From assembly GCA_965207535.1 (NCBI GenBank), contig CBDBMR010000011.1:78276-142275 (forward strand): a DNA stretch of 64,000 bases, written 5' to 3'. The notes under the pieces are model-generated. The model made no database searches, was not told where the DNA came from, and worked only from the letters and a program-made list of their open reading frames with translations. A program made the position numbers and the translations under genes. This DNA comes from Rhodospirillales bacterium. GTDB taxonomy: Bacteria; Pseudomonadota; Alphaproteobacteria; Rhodospirillales; UBA2165. Positions 28,653 to 38,013 of this stretch are shown here, one piece after another. The first letter of the stretch is position 1. Each line of letters opens with the position of its first letter.

Positions 28653-28685
28653 CGGCATGCGTGCCGGACGGGCGGTTCCCCTAAA

Positions 28686-28812
28686 CCCTCCCCGTGGAGA
28701 AGCGGGGGGACGGTCAGGGTGGGGGGTATGGCGTGAACCTGACATACCCCCCACCCTCGACGCCCGGCCGGTTGCCGCGTCGTGTCCCCTCTCTCCTGGA
28801 GGGAGAGGGAGA
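28686..28812. repeat. G/C-rich hairpin repeat cluster, locus D
   Basis: Perfect 15-bp stem: AGGGTGGGGGGTATG (28716-28730) with CATACCCCCCACCCT (28743-28757). Also an imperfect CCCTCTC...GAGAGGG hairpin. Positions 28744-28777 are nearly identical to 4544-4578. Confidence 0.8.
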
Positions 28813-28919
28813 AGGGGCTTGCCGTGCGTTCCCTTGTTGCAGGCCGCACCTCGTCGGGGAGCGCGCCTTTTAGGTGGAACTTTTGGGCGCACTTCCCGCT
28901 TTTCAGGAAAGAGAGAAAG

Positions 28920-29267
28920 ATGATTGTGAAAATGCCGGACCTGACCCGGGACGATGGACGCGATTTCCTGGTCTCGCTGAAACCCGACCAGGTCATCATT
29001 CAGCCGACCGGCCTGAACGCAAGGCTGCTGGACTGCTATCGAGACGCTTTCGCCGATGACTTCTGTTTTGAACTGTTTGGCGAGACGGAGGAAGTCATGG
29101 GGAATTGGATTTTCGGAAGCCGGCATTCCTGCCGGTCCTGTATTACCTATTTCATTTCCAGCCGGATAGCGGATGTGAAGGAACAGGAAAATATATTCGG
29201 TATTCTGGAAAGCTATGATTGGGCGGAACGGCTGGAAATAAATTTACCGGTAGTGGCGCGGCAATAG
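28920..29267 (+). CDS. Hypothetical protein (lower-GC ORF)
   Basis: 115-aa ORF with a purine-rich RBS (GAAAGAGAGAAAG). GC content is visibly lower than in neighbouring genes. I recognise no family. Confidence 0.4.
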   Translation: MIVKMPDLTRDDGRDFLVSLKPDQVIIQPTGLNARLLDCYRDAFADDFCFELFGETEEVMGNWIFGSRHSCRSCITYFISSRIADVKEQENIFGILESYDWAERLEINLPVVARQ

Positions 29268-29390
29268 CCATGCCGCTCCGTGGCGCGTTCCAGATGGACT
29301 ACGTCATACCCCGGCGCAAGTCCGGGGTATCCAGTGAACGACCCCCTCCCCTTGCCGCCACCCGCGCACGGGCTAAATGAATAGGCATCT

Positions 29391-29421
29391 GCCGCCCTCA
29401 CCGGGGCGGCGTTTTGCATTT
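29391..29421 (+). terminator. Candidate Rho-independent terminator
   Basis: GCCGCCC-TCACCG-GGGCGGC followed by GTTTTGCATTT. Confidence 0.4.
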
Positions 29422-29740
29422 GGAGGGGGAGCTATGCATTTTTGTACGAACTGTTTGGGGGGCACCTCCCAAACGGAGGCCAATAAATGTCCATGAATGC
29501 CTATAAATGCCTATACCGGCGAAAATAGCCAACTTGGAAAATATTTATAAATTATGGCATTTCAACATCTTACCGATATGCGCCCAGTGCATGGCTCGCG
29601 CCCTCCCACGCCCCTGGGATTGCGGCCGCGGAGGACAGGCGAATTTCGCCCAATATCAGCGATAGCAAATGGGCATATATGAGCCGCCCGCCGGGCGCGC
29701 TACATGTCGGCAAATCATGACCCCTGGAGGCCCCCCGCTC

Positions 29741-31330
29741 ATGGGCAAGACCAAGAACATTCTGTTCATCATGTGCGACCAGCTTCGCTGGGACTATCTG
29801 TCCTGCGCCGGTCATCCGCGGCTCGAAACGCCCAACATCGATGCCCTGGCGGCGAAGGGCGTGCGGTTCACCCATGCCTATTGCCAGGCCCCGGTCTGCG
29901 GCGGGTCGCGCATGTCGTTCTACACCGGGCGCTACGCCTTCACCCATGGCGCAGTGTGGAACGGCGTCCCCCTGTCGGTCGACGAATTGACCATTGGCGA
30001 CTACCTGCGCCCGCTGGGCCACCGGGTGGCGCTGGTCGGCAAGACCCATATGGTCGCCGACCGAGGCGGGATGGAGCGCCTCAAGATCGACCGCAATTCC
30101 ATCGAGGGCGTGCTGGTCGCCGAATGCGGCTTCGAGCCCTACGAGCGGGACGACGGCCTGTGGGGCACCGCCGAGACGGCGCCGGAAAACCTCGCCTACA
30201 ACAATTGGATGCGGGAACAGGGCTACGACGGCCCGAATCCATGGCACGACTTCGCCAACTCGGCCGAGGGGCCCAACGGCGAGATCCTCTCAGGCTGGTA
30301 TCTGCGCAACAGCAAGTATCCGGCCAGGGTGAAGGAAGAGCATTCCGAGACCGCCTATATGACCGGCCGCGCCATGCAGTTCATCGAAGAAAGCGGCCAC
30401 GAACCGTGGACCATGCATCTCAGCTATATCAAGCCCCACTGGCCGTATATCGCGCCGGCACCCTACCACGACATGTTCGGCGGCAACGACATACTGCCCG
30501 CCAACCGTCACCCGAAGGAACTGGAGACCGACCACCCGATCTACCGGACCTATCACCGGCGCGAGGACTGCCAGGCCTTTTCCCGGGATGAAGTGCGGGA
30601 AACGGTCATCCCCGCCTATATGGGACTAATCAAGCAGATCGACGATCACCTGGGCCGGCTGTTCGCCTTCATGGAAGAGAAGGGCCGGATGGACGACACC
30701 ATGATCGTTTTCACGTCGGACCACGGCGATTACCTGGGCGACCACTGGCTCGGCGAGAAGGAACTGTTTCACGAAGAGAGTATCCGGCTGCCGTTCATCG
30801 TCTACGATCCGGATCCGGCATCGGACGCAACCCGCGGCACCGTCGACGACAGGTTCATCGAAAGCATCGACCTCGTCCCCACCTTCATCGAGGTGGCGGG
30901 GGGCACGGTTCCCGAACACGTGGTGGAGGGCAAATCGTTGCTGCCCCTTCTGCATGGGGAGCAGCCCGGCGATTGGCGGGACTATGTCATCTGCGAATCG
31001 GAATTCGCACCGCGGATAGACCTGGACGCCCTCGGCATCGCCGCCCGCGAAGCACGCGCCATCATGATCCGGACGGCCAAGTGGAAGTACATCCACCACC
31101 TGAAGTTCCGCCCGGAACTTTACGACCTCGAGGACGATCCCAACGAGTTCACCGACCTCGGCGCCGACCCCGCTTATGAGGAAATCCGGAGCCGGATGCG
31201 GGAGATGCTGACGGAGAACTTCCTCGCCCGGAATTTCCGCACCACCGTCGGCGAGGAACCGCTCGCCCGGCGCGGTCACGCGGTCTACCACCCGCCGGAA
31301 CAGCGGCGCGTCTACATCGGGGTCTGGTAG
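29741..31330 (+). CDS. Sulfatase / alkaline-phosphatase-superfamily hydrolase
   Basis: ILFIMCDQLRWD...APVCGGSRMSFYTGRY, and later TSDHGD, are sulfatase-family metal and nucleophile motifs. The nucleophile motif is C-G-G-S-R rather than C-x-P-x-R. Confidence 0.85.
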   Translation: MGKTKNILFIMCDQLRWDYLSCAGHPRLETPNIDALAAKGVRFTHAYCQAPVCGGSRMSFYTGRYAFTHGAVWNGVPLSVDELTIGDYLRPLGHRVALVGKTHMVADRGGMERLKIDRNSIEGVLVAECGFEPYERDDGLWGTAETAPENLAYNNWMREQGYDGPNPWHDFANSAEGPNGEILSGWYLRNSKYPARVKEEHSETAYMTGRAMQFIEESGHEPWTMHLSYIKPHWPYIAPAPYHDMFGGNDILPANRHPKELETDHPIYRTYHRREDCQAFSRDEVRETVIPAYMGLIKQIDDHLGRLFAFMEEKGRMDDTMIVFTSDHGDYLGDHWLGEKELFHEESIRLPFIVYDPDPASDATRGTVDDRFIESIDLVPTFIEVAGGTVPEHVVEGKSLLPLLHGEQPGDWRDYVICESEFAPRIDLDALGIAAREARAIMIRTAKWKYIHHLKFRPELYDLEDDPNEFTDLGADPAYEEIRSRMREMLTENFLARNFRTTVGEEPLARRGHAVYHPPEQRRVYIGVW

Positions 31331-31338
31331 ACCGCCCG

Positions 31339-31698
31339 ATGGTCAGACTGCTTGCGGCAATGATGATCCTCCTGGGCGCGAGCTTGTCGGCCGAGGCCCA
31401 GATCAGAGGCACCCAGCCCTTCGGCTACGTTTCGGGCGAGACCTTCCTGAGCTACCCGCAGGCGCGCCGCGAGGACTACATTGCCGGGCTGGCGGATCAG
31501 TTGGTGTCCCTCTATCAGGCCCAATTGGTCGATGGCTTCCGTTGGTTCGAGAACTGCGTGCGGCGCCGGAACCCCGCCGACTTGTCGCGGATGCTGGCCG
31601 ATTTCCTGAACGAGAACGACGCCCGCAAGCCCGAGCCCGCCTCGAACAATTTTATTTGGGCGGCCGCAAAGGGGTGCACTCCGCCGGCGCGGCGCTAA
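31339..31698 (+). CDS. Hypothetical periplasmic protein (possibly Rap1a/Tai4-like)
   Basis: Signal peptide MVRLLAAMMILLGASLSAEA. The pattern YIAGLAD...C...NPADL...AAAKGC resembles Rap1a-type immunity proteins. The assignment is weak. Confidence 0.45.
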   Translation: MVRLLAAMMILLGASLSAEAQIRGTQPFGYVSGETFLSYPQARREDYIAGLADQLVSLYQAQLVDGFRWFENCVRRRNPADLSRMLADFLNENDARKPEPASNNFIWAAAKGCTPPARR

Positions 31699-31774
31699 AA
31701 GCCGAACGGCATGACGGCTGCTTGCCCCACGGGCGTAATACGTATTATGATTCAATTGCTTAAGAGAGGCTGAC

Positions 31775-32386
31775 GTGTCCGAAAACCGGCCAAGACGGAT
31801 CGTGGTAGGCATGACCGGCGCCAGCGGGGCGATCATCGGCGTCCGGCTGCTGGAGGCGCTCGCCCGCTCCGAGGTGGAAATCCACCTGGTGGTCAGCAAA
31901 TGGGCCCAGCAGACGCTTGAGCACGAAACCGGCCAGACGGTCGCCGATCTCCGGGACCTGGCCGACGTCTATCACGGCCCCGGCGACATGGGCGCCAAGG
32001 TCTCGTCGGGCTCCTTCGTCACCGACGGCATGATCGTCGCCCCCTGCTCGGCCCGCTCGGTCGCGGCCATCGCCAACGGGTTCGGCGAACACCTCGTCCA
32101 CCGGGCCGCGGACGTGATCCTCAAGGAGCGCCGGAAACTGGTCCTGATGGTGCGCGAGTCGCCGTTCAACGAGATCCACCTGGAAAACATGCTCAAACTG
32201 GCGCGCATGGGGGTCTGCATCCTGCCGCCCGTTCCGGCGTTCTATAACCACCCCGAAACGCTGGACGATATGGTCGAGCATTTCGTCGCCCGCGCTCTCG
32301 ACCAGATCGGCGTGCCGGCCGAGTTCGCCAAGCGCTGGGACGGCGACATGCGCAACCGGAACCCGAAGGTTGAACAGATCAAGTAG
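31775..32386 (+). CDS. ubiX: Flavin prenyltransferase UbiX
   Basis: RIVVGMTGASGAIIGVRLLEAL...MIVAPCSARSVAAIANG...KERRKLVLMVRESP matches the UbiX/Pad1 signature. Confidence 0.9.
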   Translation: MSENRPRRIVVGMTGASGAIIGVRLLEALARSEVEIHLVVSKWAQQTLEHETGQTVADLRDLADVYHGPGDMGAKVSSGSFVTDGMIVAPCSARSVAAIANGFGEHLVHRAADVILKERRKLVLMVRESPFNEIHLENMLKLARMGVCILPPVPAFYNHPETLDDMVEHFVARALDQIGVPAEFAKRWDGDMRNRNPKVEQIK

Positions 32387-32486
32387 CGGCTCTTAGCGTT
32401 CCCGTGGTCGTTCCCACTGCCGTCCCCATTGCCGCCAAGGCGCTTTGGGTTTACGCTTCATGTTCCCTCATCGAGGAGGTGCGCGA

Positions 32487-32846
32487 ATGTCCACCGCCCG
32501 ACTATGGAGCATCGCCGGTGTCGCCCTCGCCGCCGGGCTTGTCGCCGGCAACGGGCTCGGCCCGCTCGGCAACGATCCCCACGATACCTATGTCGACTGC
32601 CTCATAAACAGCTACGAGGTTAGTCAACTCAACGGCGGCCAGATGATCATGGAGGCGTACGCCAAGTGCCGAATGGCCGAGACCGGGTACTCGGCTTATC
32701 TCAACAACCAGGACATCACCGGGCCGCGTCTCCTGGAGGTCGTCGCCCGGGTAAATGAAGCGGCTTTCGCCCGTTACCGCGGTCTCGAACTGCACGAAAC
32801 CAGGGGATGCTTCGACCGGGCCCGCGCGGGCCTGCCGGTGTCGTAA
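32487..32846 (+). CDS. Hypothetical exported protein
   Basis: A GAGGAGG RBS lies 7 nt before the ATG at 32487, and the N-terminus is hydrophobic. No family recognised. Confidence 0.45.
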   Translation: MSTARLWSIAGVALAAGLVAGNGLGPLGNDPHDTYVDCLINSYEVSQLNGGQMIMEAYAKCRMAETGYSAYLNNQDITGPRLLEVVARVNEAAFARYRGLELHETRGCFDRARAGLPVS

Positions 32847-32867
32847 GCCGGCCGGGGAAACCAAGCC

Positions 32868-33143
32868 GTGCGCGGGAAAACTGCCGGATTGGGCCTCAGA
32901 TTCCTGGCGACTTTCTGCTATGTCACCGGGACGATGGGGATCATTCTTCTGGTGGTCGAAGTCGCCAAGGGCATTCAAATCCACCCCTATATCCGAGATC
33001 CCCTGATTTCCTACGGCGGCGCTATCGAGGTCGGCGCCCTGACCGTTCTGGCGTTCCTGGCCGCCCGGCTGATCGACCGGGCCTCCAAGAAAATCTATCC
33101 GCCATTGGACCGTGGCCGCGGCTGGGGTGAGTTGGTGGAGTAG
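32868..33143 (+). CDS. Hypothetical small membrane protein
   Basis: 91-aa ORF with two hydrophobic segments. No family recognised. Confidence 0.35.
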   Translation: MRGKTAGLGLRFLATFCYVTGTMGIILLVVEVAKGIQIHPYIRDPLISYGGAIEVGALTVLAFLAARLIDRASKKIYPPLDRGRGWGELVE

Positions 33144-33220
33144 GTTCCGGCCCCTATTGATCCGACACCCGGGCGCACCAAGCTGAAACGCCCCAAAATG
33201 ACCCCCGGAATTGCCGAGGA

Positions 33221-34162
33221 CTACTCCGCGGCGGCCTTCGCCCCTGCGAGGCCCGGCATGTCGAAGCCGCGAGCCAAAAGGGCTTCGACGGTCTTCGACG
33301 CTTTTTCCGCATCCAACGGCATAAGCGGCGGGCGGGTGAGAGCCCAGCCGGGATCGCCGGCGAAATGGGCCACGCAGGCCTTGAGCGCCGGGATCGCCGC
33401 ATATTCGACAAAGATGGCGCGCACCGCGTCCAGATCGGCCTGACGGTCTTCGGCGTCATCGTCCCGCCAGCGTTCGTACAGTTCGTAGATCGCCGCCGGA
33501 TTGACGTTTGCGGTCGCCGAAATACATCCGGAGCCGCCGTTTCGCATGTTGGCGAGCAGGAAGGATTCGGAGCCGACGAAAATGCGGAAATCGTCGAACT
33601 TCGCATCGAGCATGGCCTTGGTGTTGTCCCATTCGCCGGACGAATCCTTGATGCCGACGACGGTCTCGGGATAGGCCTTCAATAGCCGCTCGATAAGGCC
33701 GAGGCTGATGGGCGTCTGGGACATGGGGGGAATATGGTAGAGGTAAATTTTGAGGCCGGCGGACCCGACCTGCTGGATGACCGCGTCGTAAGCGGCGTAT
33801 AGGCCGTCGTCGCTGACGTTCTTGTAGTAGAATGGCGGCAGCATCAGGACACCGCCGCAGCCCAACGCCGCCGCCTTGGCGGATAACGTCACGGTATCCG
33901 AAATGGCGCAGGTCCCGGTCCCCGGCATCATGGAGGCGGCGGGAATCCCGGCGGCAACCAGTCTGTCGAGGATCTCGACCTTCTCAGCCGTGGACAGGGA
34001 GTTGCCCTCGCTGGTGGTGCCGAACGGCGCGAGATTGCAGTTGCGTTCGAGCAGCCACTTGCCGTGGCCGATCAGCCGGTCCACGTCAGGCGACAGGTCT
34101 TCGCCAAACGGCGTCAAGACCGGCGACAGCAGTCCGGAAAAGCGCTCAACCCGTGCCATCAC
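33221..34162 (-). CDS. Dihydrodipicolinate synthase/N-acetylneuraminate lyase family protein
   Basis: 313 aa with GTTSEGNSLS and IVGIKDSSG (Schiff-base lysine), typical of the DapA family. Confidence 0.8.
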   Translation of the reverse strand: MMARVERFSGLLSPVLTPFGEDLSPDVDRLIGHGKWLLERNCNLAPFGTTSEGNSLSTAEKVEILDRLVAAGIPAASMMPGTGTCAISDTVTLSAKAAALGCGGVLMLPPFYYKNVSDDGLYAAYDAVIQQVGSAGLKIYLYHIPPMSQTPISLGLIERLLKAYPETVVGIKDSSGEWDNTKAMLDAKFDDFRIFVGSESFLLANMRNGGSGCISATANVNPAAIYELYERWRDDDAEDRQADLDAVRAIFVEYAAIPALKACVAHFAGDPGWALTRPPLMPLDAEKASKTVEALLARGFDMPGLAGAKAAAE

Positions 34163-34335
34163 GCTCCCTCCTTGAAAACAAACACCCGAAATCCGGCGCG
34201 ACTATAGCAGACCAGTTCCGTGGGTCGATGCCCAGGCCATGATCAGGCCATGATGTTGCCTCGGCACGGGCTCTTTTCTTGTCTAATGGCCGGCGAGCAG
34301 ACACACTTCGCATTCCGATCGGGGGCGTTTGACCC

Positions 34336-35160
34336 ATGACCGCACCAAAACTCATTGCGCCGCCCGGCGCGTGCGACACCCATATGCACGTCTATGAGCC
34401 GGGCTACGGCATGGCGCCGACCGCGCTGCTGCCGCCGCCGGACGGCAGGCTCGAGGACTATCGCCGCGTCCAGGAGCGGCTCGGCCTCGAACGGGTCGTT
34501 GTCGTCCAGCCGACAACCTATGGCAATGACAACCGTTGCACACTGGAAGCAATCGCAGCCCTTGGCGACGGCGCCCGCGGCGTGGCGGTGGTCGGTACGG
34601 GGGCCGGGGATGAGGTCTATGAGGACCTGACGGCACGGGGTATTCGGGGCATCCGGTTCCATATGCTGCCCGGCGGGGCGCTGCCATGGGAGGATTTGGA
34701 CGTTCTCGCCGATCGCGCCACGGCTCACGGCTGGCATATCCAATTACAGCTCGACGGCCGGCTCCTGCCGGATTTCGCAGCCCAGATCAGAGGCTGGCCC
34801 GGAGAGCTGGTGATGGATCACACGGGCAAGTTCCTGGATCCCGTGTCACCGGACCACGCGGCGTTCGAATGTCTCAAGGAGCTCGTCGCCGGCGGCGCCT
34901 GGATCAAGCTTTCGGCCCCGTACGAGACCTCGAAGGCCGGCCCGCCCCGTTTCGATGATGTCGCGGCACTGGCCCGGGAACTCGTTCGGGAATCGCCGGA
35001 CCATATGCTGTGGGCATCCAACTGGCCCCATCCGGGACAGGACCCGAGGCCCGACGACGCCATGCTGTTGGACACCCTGCTGCATTGGGCCGACGATGAA
35101 GCGACCCGCAACAAGATCCTGGTGGAGAATCCAGCGCGGCTATACGGATTTAACGATTGA
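34336..35160 (+). CDS. Amidohydrolase-2 family protein (LigI/2-pyrone-4,6-dicarboxylate hydrolase-like)
   Basis: ACDTHMHVY..., VVVQP, MDHTG and SNWPHP are metal-dependent hydrolase motifs. Confidence 0.75.
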   Translation: MTAPKLIAPPGACDTHMHVYEPGYGMAPTALLPPPDGRLEDYRRVQERLGLERVVVVQPTTYGNDNRCTLEAIAALGDGARGVAVVGTGAGDEVYEDLTARGIRGIRFHMLPGGALPWEDLDVLADRATAHGWHIQLQLDGRLLPDFAAQIRGWPGELVMDHTGKFLDPVSPDHAAFECLKELVAGGAWIKLSAPYETSKAGPPRFDDVAALARELVRESPDHMLWASNWPHPGQDPRPDDAMLLDTLLHWADDEATRNKILVENPARLYGFND

Positions 35161-35181
35161 TGCAGAACGAGGGACATTGAA

Positions 35182-35520
35182 ATGTACGCGGTTATTTTCG
35201 AGGTCGAGCCAACCGAGGACGGCCGAGGGAAGTATCTGAAGATTGCCGGTGAGCTTCGGAACGACCTCGAGAAGACGGACGGCTTCATCTCCATTGAGCG
35301 TTTCCAGAGCTTGAGCAATGAAAAGAAGATATTGTCGCTGTCCTTCTGGCGGGATGAAGAAAGTCTTATTGCCTGGCGGGAACAGTCCGATCATATCGCC
35401 GCGCAACGCCTGGGACGGGAACAGCTTTTCGAAGATTACCGGATTCGTATCGCCGAGGTCGTCAGGGATTACGGCATGACGGACCGGTCCGAAGCGCCGC
35501 AGCGTGGCCTGTTCGAGTAG
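35182..35520 (+). CDS. Antibiotic biosynthesis monooxygenase (ABM)-fold protein
   Basis: The 112-aa ferredoxin-like pattern ...FISIERFQS...LSLSFWRDEESLIAWRE is typical of ABM domains. Confidence 0.65.
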   Translation: MYAVIFEVEPTEDGRGKYLKIAGELRNDLEKTDGFISIERFQSLSNEKKILSLSFWRDEESLIAWREQSDHIAAQRLGREQLFEDYRIRIAEVVRDYGMTDRSEAPQRGLFE

Positions 35521-35869
35521 CCATTGAACGGCATCGACCAGAATAGTCCGGTAGCCGCAACGGAGAAAACGCCGGAAAACCAATAACGGCGGTATGGCCG
35601 AGACCGCATACACATCAACAACCGATGAGGCGGACCCCGGCGAGCCATGCACAGAGCCGATCTAGGGCGCAGGTCTAAAATGCGCCAATGGCCGTCGAGA
35701 TAGCTTTCTTTCCCGAATGCGTGCGCTATATTACCCGGATTGAGACAACGGCAGAACACCCTGTGGGGGGACCGACCGCCTCCGCGTTAGTGGCTGGACA
35801 GCATTGGGCTGGCAGCACCGAATAGCGTCATAATTCCGTAACCCGCCGCAAAATGGCGAGGAAGTCTCA

Positions 35870-36922
35870 ATGGGCATAATCGCGCCAAACGAAGAATCTA
35901 CCTATCGCAGGATGCACGAGGTCTTGAAGAACCTCATCCCGGATTTTGAAATCCAGGAGAAGGCGAAACTCGCCTACAGAATCAACCGTCTCAAAAAAGA
36001 GAAAAACGCGGTCATTCTGGGCCACAACTACATGGAAGCGGCGCTCTATCACTCGGTCCCGGATTTTACCGGCGACTCGCTTGCGCTTTGCCAACAGGCC
36101 GCCACGACCGACGCCGACATCATCGTATTTTGCGGCGTCCGCTTCATGGCCGAATCCGCGAAAATCCTGAATCCGGCGAAAACGGTCCTGCTGCCGGCGG
36201 TGAAGGCCGGATGCTCCCTGGCCGCGGCCATTACGGCGGACGATGTCCGTGCGCTGAAAAAGCGCTTTCCCGGCGTACCGGTGGTGACCTACATCAACTC
36301 CTACGCCGACGTGAAGGCGGAGACCGATGTCTGCTGTACATCCGCAAACGCCGTCAAGGTCATTGAATCCCTCGAAACCGACACCGTCATCTTTCTTCCC
36401 GACGAGTTCATGGCCGGCAACATTGCCGCCGAACTCGGCTGGTCGACCTACTTTCCTCAAGATGATCCGGAGAGGACCAGGCCGCCGGCGAACCTCGAGA
36501 ACACCATCATCTCCTGGCATGGCTCGTGCGAGGTCCACGAACTTTTCACACCGGAGGACGTCACCTCGGTCCGCAAGCAGTTTCCGAATGTCGCCGTCCT
36601 CGCTCACCCGGAGTGCAAACCGGAGGTGGTCCGGGAATCCGATTTCGTCGGCTCCACAAAGGGCATCATCGACTACGTGGGCGCCAACGATGCGCCGGAA
36701 TTCCTGCTGCTGACCGAATGCGCCATGGGCGACAACATCATCGCCGGTCACCCGGACAAGAATATTCTGCGCCTGTGCAGCCATCGATGCCCGCACATGG
36801 CCGAGATTACGCTCGAGGATACGCTCGATGCGCTCGAGAACACGCGCTACGAGATCACGGTGCCCGAAGACATCAGGCTCCGCGCGTTGGGCTCGATCGA
36901 ACGAATGCTGGAGATCGTCTAG
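35870..36922 (+). CDS. nadA: Quinolinate synthase NadA
   Basis: 350 aa with ILGHNYM, FCGVRFMAESAKIL, CSLA, YINS and ECAMG motifs characteristic of NadA. Confidence 0.9.
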   Translation: MGIIAPNEESTYRRMHEVLKNLIPDFEIQEKAKLAYRINRLKKEKNAVILGHNYMEAALYHSVPDFTGDSLALCQQAATTDADIIVFCGVRFMAESAKILNPAKTVLLPAVKAGCSLAAAITADDVRALKKRFPGVPVVTYINSYADVKAETDVCCTSANAVKVIESLETDTVIFLPDEFMAGNIAAELGWSTYFPQDDPERTRPPANLENTIISWHGSCEVHELFTPEDVTSVRKQFPNVAVLAHPECKPEVVRESDFVGSTKGIIDYVGANDAPEFLLLTECAMGDNIIAGHPDKNILRLCSHRCPHMAEITLEDTLDALENTRYEITVPEDIRLRALGSIERMLEIV

Positions 36923-37986
36923 AGCTTCACCCGCCCGGCGATTTCCGGCGAATCTTCCGCGTATCGGAACGCCCTGAACACCCAGTTAACGATGTCGTCA
37001 TCTATCCCGGGGCCCCGGTGCGGGTTGATGAACTCCCACACCAGTTCACCGTCGGGCGTGACCTCGAACAGCCGGCCATTCAGCCCTTCGCAGATCAGCG
37101 TATTGCCGGTCCACAACCGTTCCTGGCCGCTGATGTGGTGGGAATAGAAATGGGTCCGCGGCTGGGCACGGTACTGCCAGACGATTTCGTTGGTCTTGGG
37201 ATCGATCTCGAGAATCAGTGAGTGGGGATGCGCCTCGTAACTGTTCATGCCGTTGGCGAAGACGATGACGTTCCCGTTCGGCAGCAACTGAGGGTCGTGC
37301 TGGCCGCCCAAAATCATGTCGGTGAATTCCCAGCGGAACTTTTTCGTCTGCCGGTCGATAATCGCGATGGTGTTGATCTGCCGCAGACTGATCAGCACAT
37401 CGCCGTTCTCCAGCGGGAACGTCGTATTGCACCACGCGAATACGCGCCGCGGCGCCAAGGGATGAATGGGATATTTTTCGATGTCCATTTCGTAGGTATG
37501 CCACTCCCAGACGGTGTTGCCGTCGGGGTCCACTTCACGCACATAGTCGCCGAAAATTCCGCCCGGGGGCTCCGTGCCCGGACGCCCGCCCTGAACCCGC
37601 TTCTGTGCGTCTTCGGGCATCACGTCCCAGCCGGCATAGACAATATTGCCGTTGGCCAGTTTTCGCGCGTCATGGTGCTGCCAGCCATCGATGAATTCCG
37701 TCAGGACGTTTCCGTCCCAATCCACCTCCCGCAGGATTCCGCCTTGGGCGCCGCCCTTGAACGGCGGCACATCGTCGCCGTCCCACTGGGCGGCGTAGAA
37801 AAGATTGCCGTTGGGCAGCAGCCGCGAGTATCCGCCCGGCGTGCCCGGTAGATCCCACTCGTGAACCGGCTCGCCGTCCATGTTCAACAGATAGGTCTTT
37901 TGCGTCCAAAGCGGCGAATAGAGGGTGAAGCCAGGCGTCGCCTTGCCGTCATCCTTGTAGGTCAGGCCGGTTTGCAGAATTCTCAT
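36919..37986 (-). CDS. Arylsulfotransferase-like beta-propeller protein
   Basis: Repeated (L)PNGN(L/I/V) motifs and ...VWE(W/F)... blades. This is the second ASST-like gene in the window. Confidence 0.6.
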   Translation of the reverse strand: MRILQTGLTYKDDGKATPGFTLYSPLWTQKTYLLNMDGEPVHEWDLPGTPGGYSRLLPNGNLFYAAQWDGDDVPPFKGGAQGGILREVDWDGNVLTEFIDGWQHHDARKLANGNIVYAGWDVMPEDAQKRVQGGRPGTEPPGGIFGDYVREVDPDGNTVWEWHTYEMDIEKYPIHPLAPRRVFAWCNTTFPLENGDVLISLRQINTIAIIDRQTKKFRWEFTDMILGGQHDPQLLPNGNVIVFANGMNSYEAHPHSLILEIDPKTNEIVWQYRAQPRTHFYSHHISGQERLWTGNTLICEGLNGRLFEVTPDGELVWEFINPHRGPGIDDDIVNWVFRAFRYAEDSPEIAGRVKL

Positions 37987-38013
37987 GTGTCTCTCCCTGA
38001 GGTTTCCGCCGGG

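Noticed and set aside
32844-32870. Other same-frame neighbouring ORF pairs checked for Sec read-through (32445/32868, 38014/36919, 45945/44172, 48021/47481)
   Set aside because: The separating stops are TAA or TAG (32844 TAA, 38014 TAA, 45945 TAG, 48021 TAG), and the paired proteins are complete, unrelated families.
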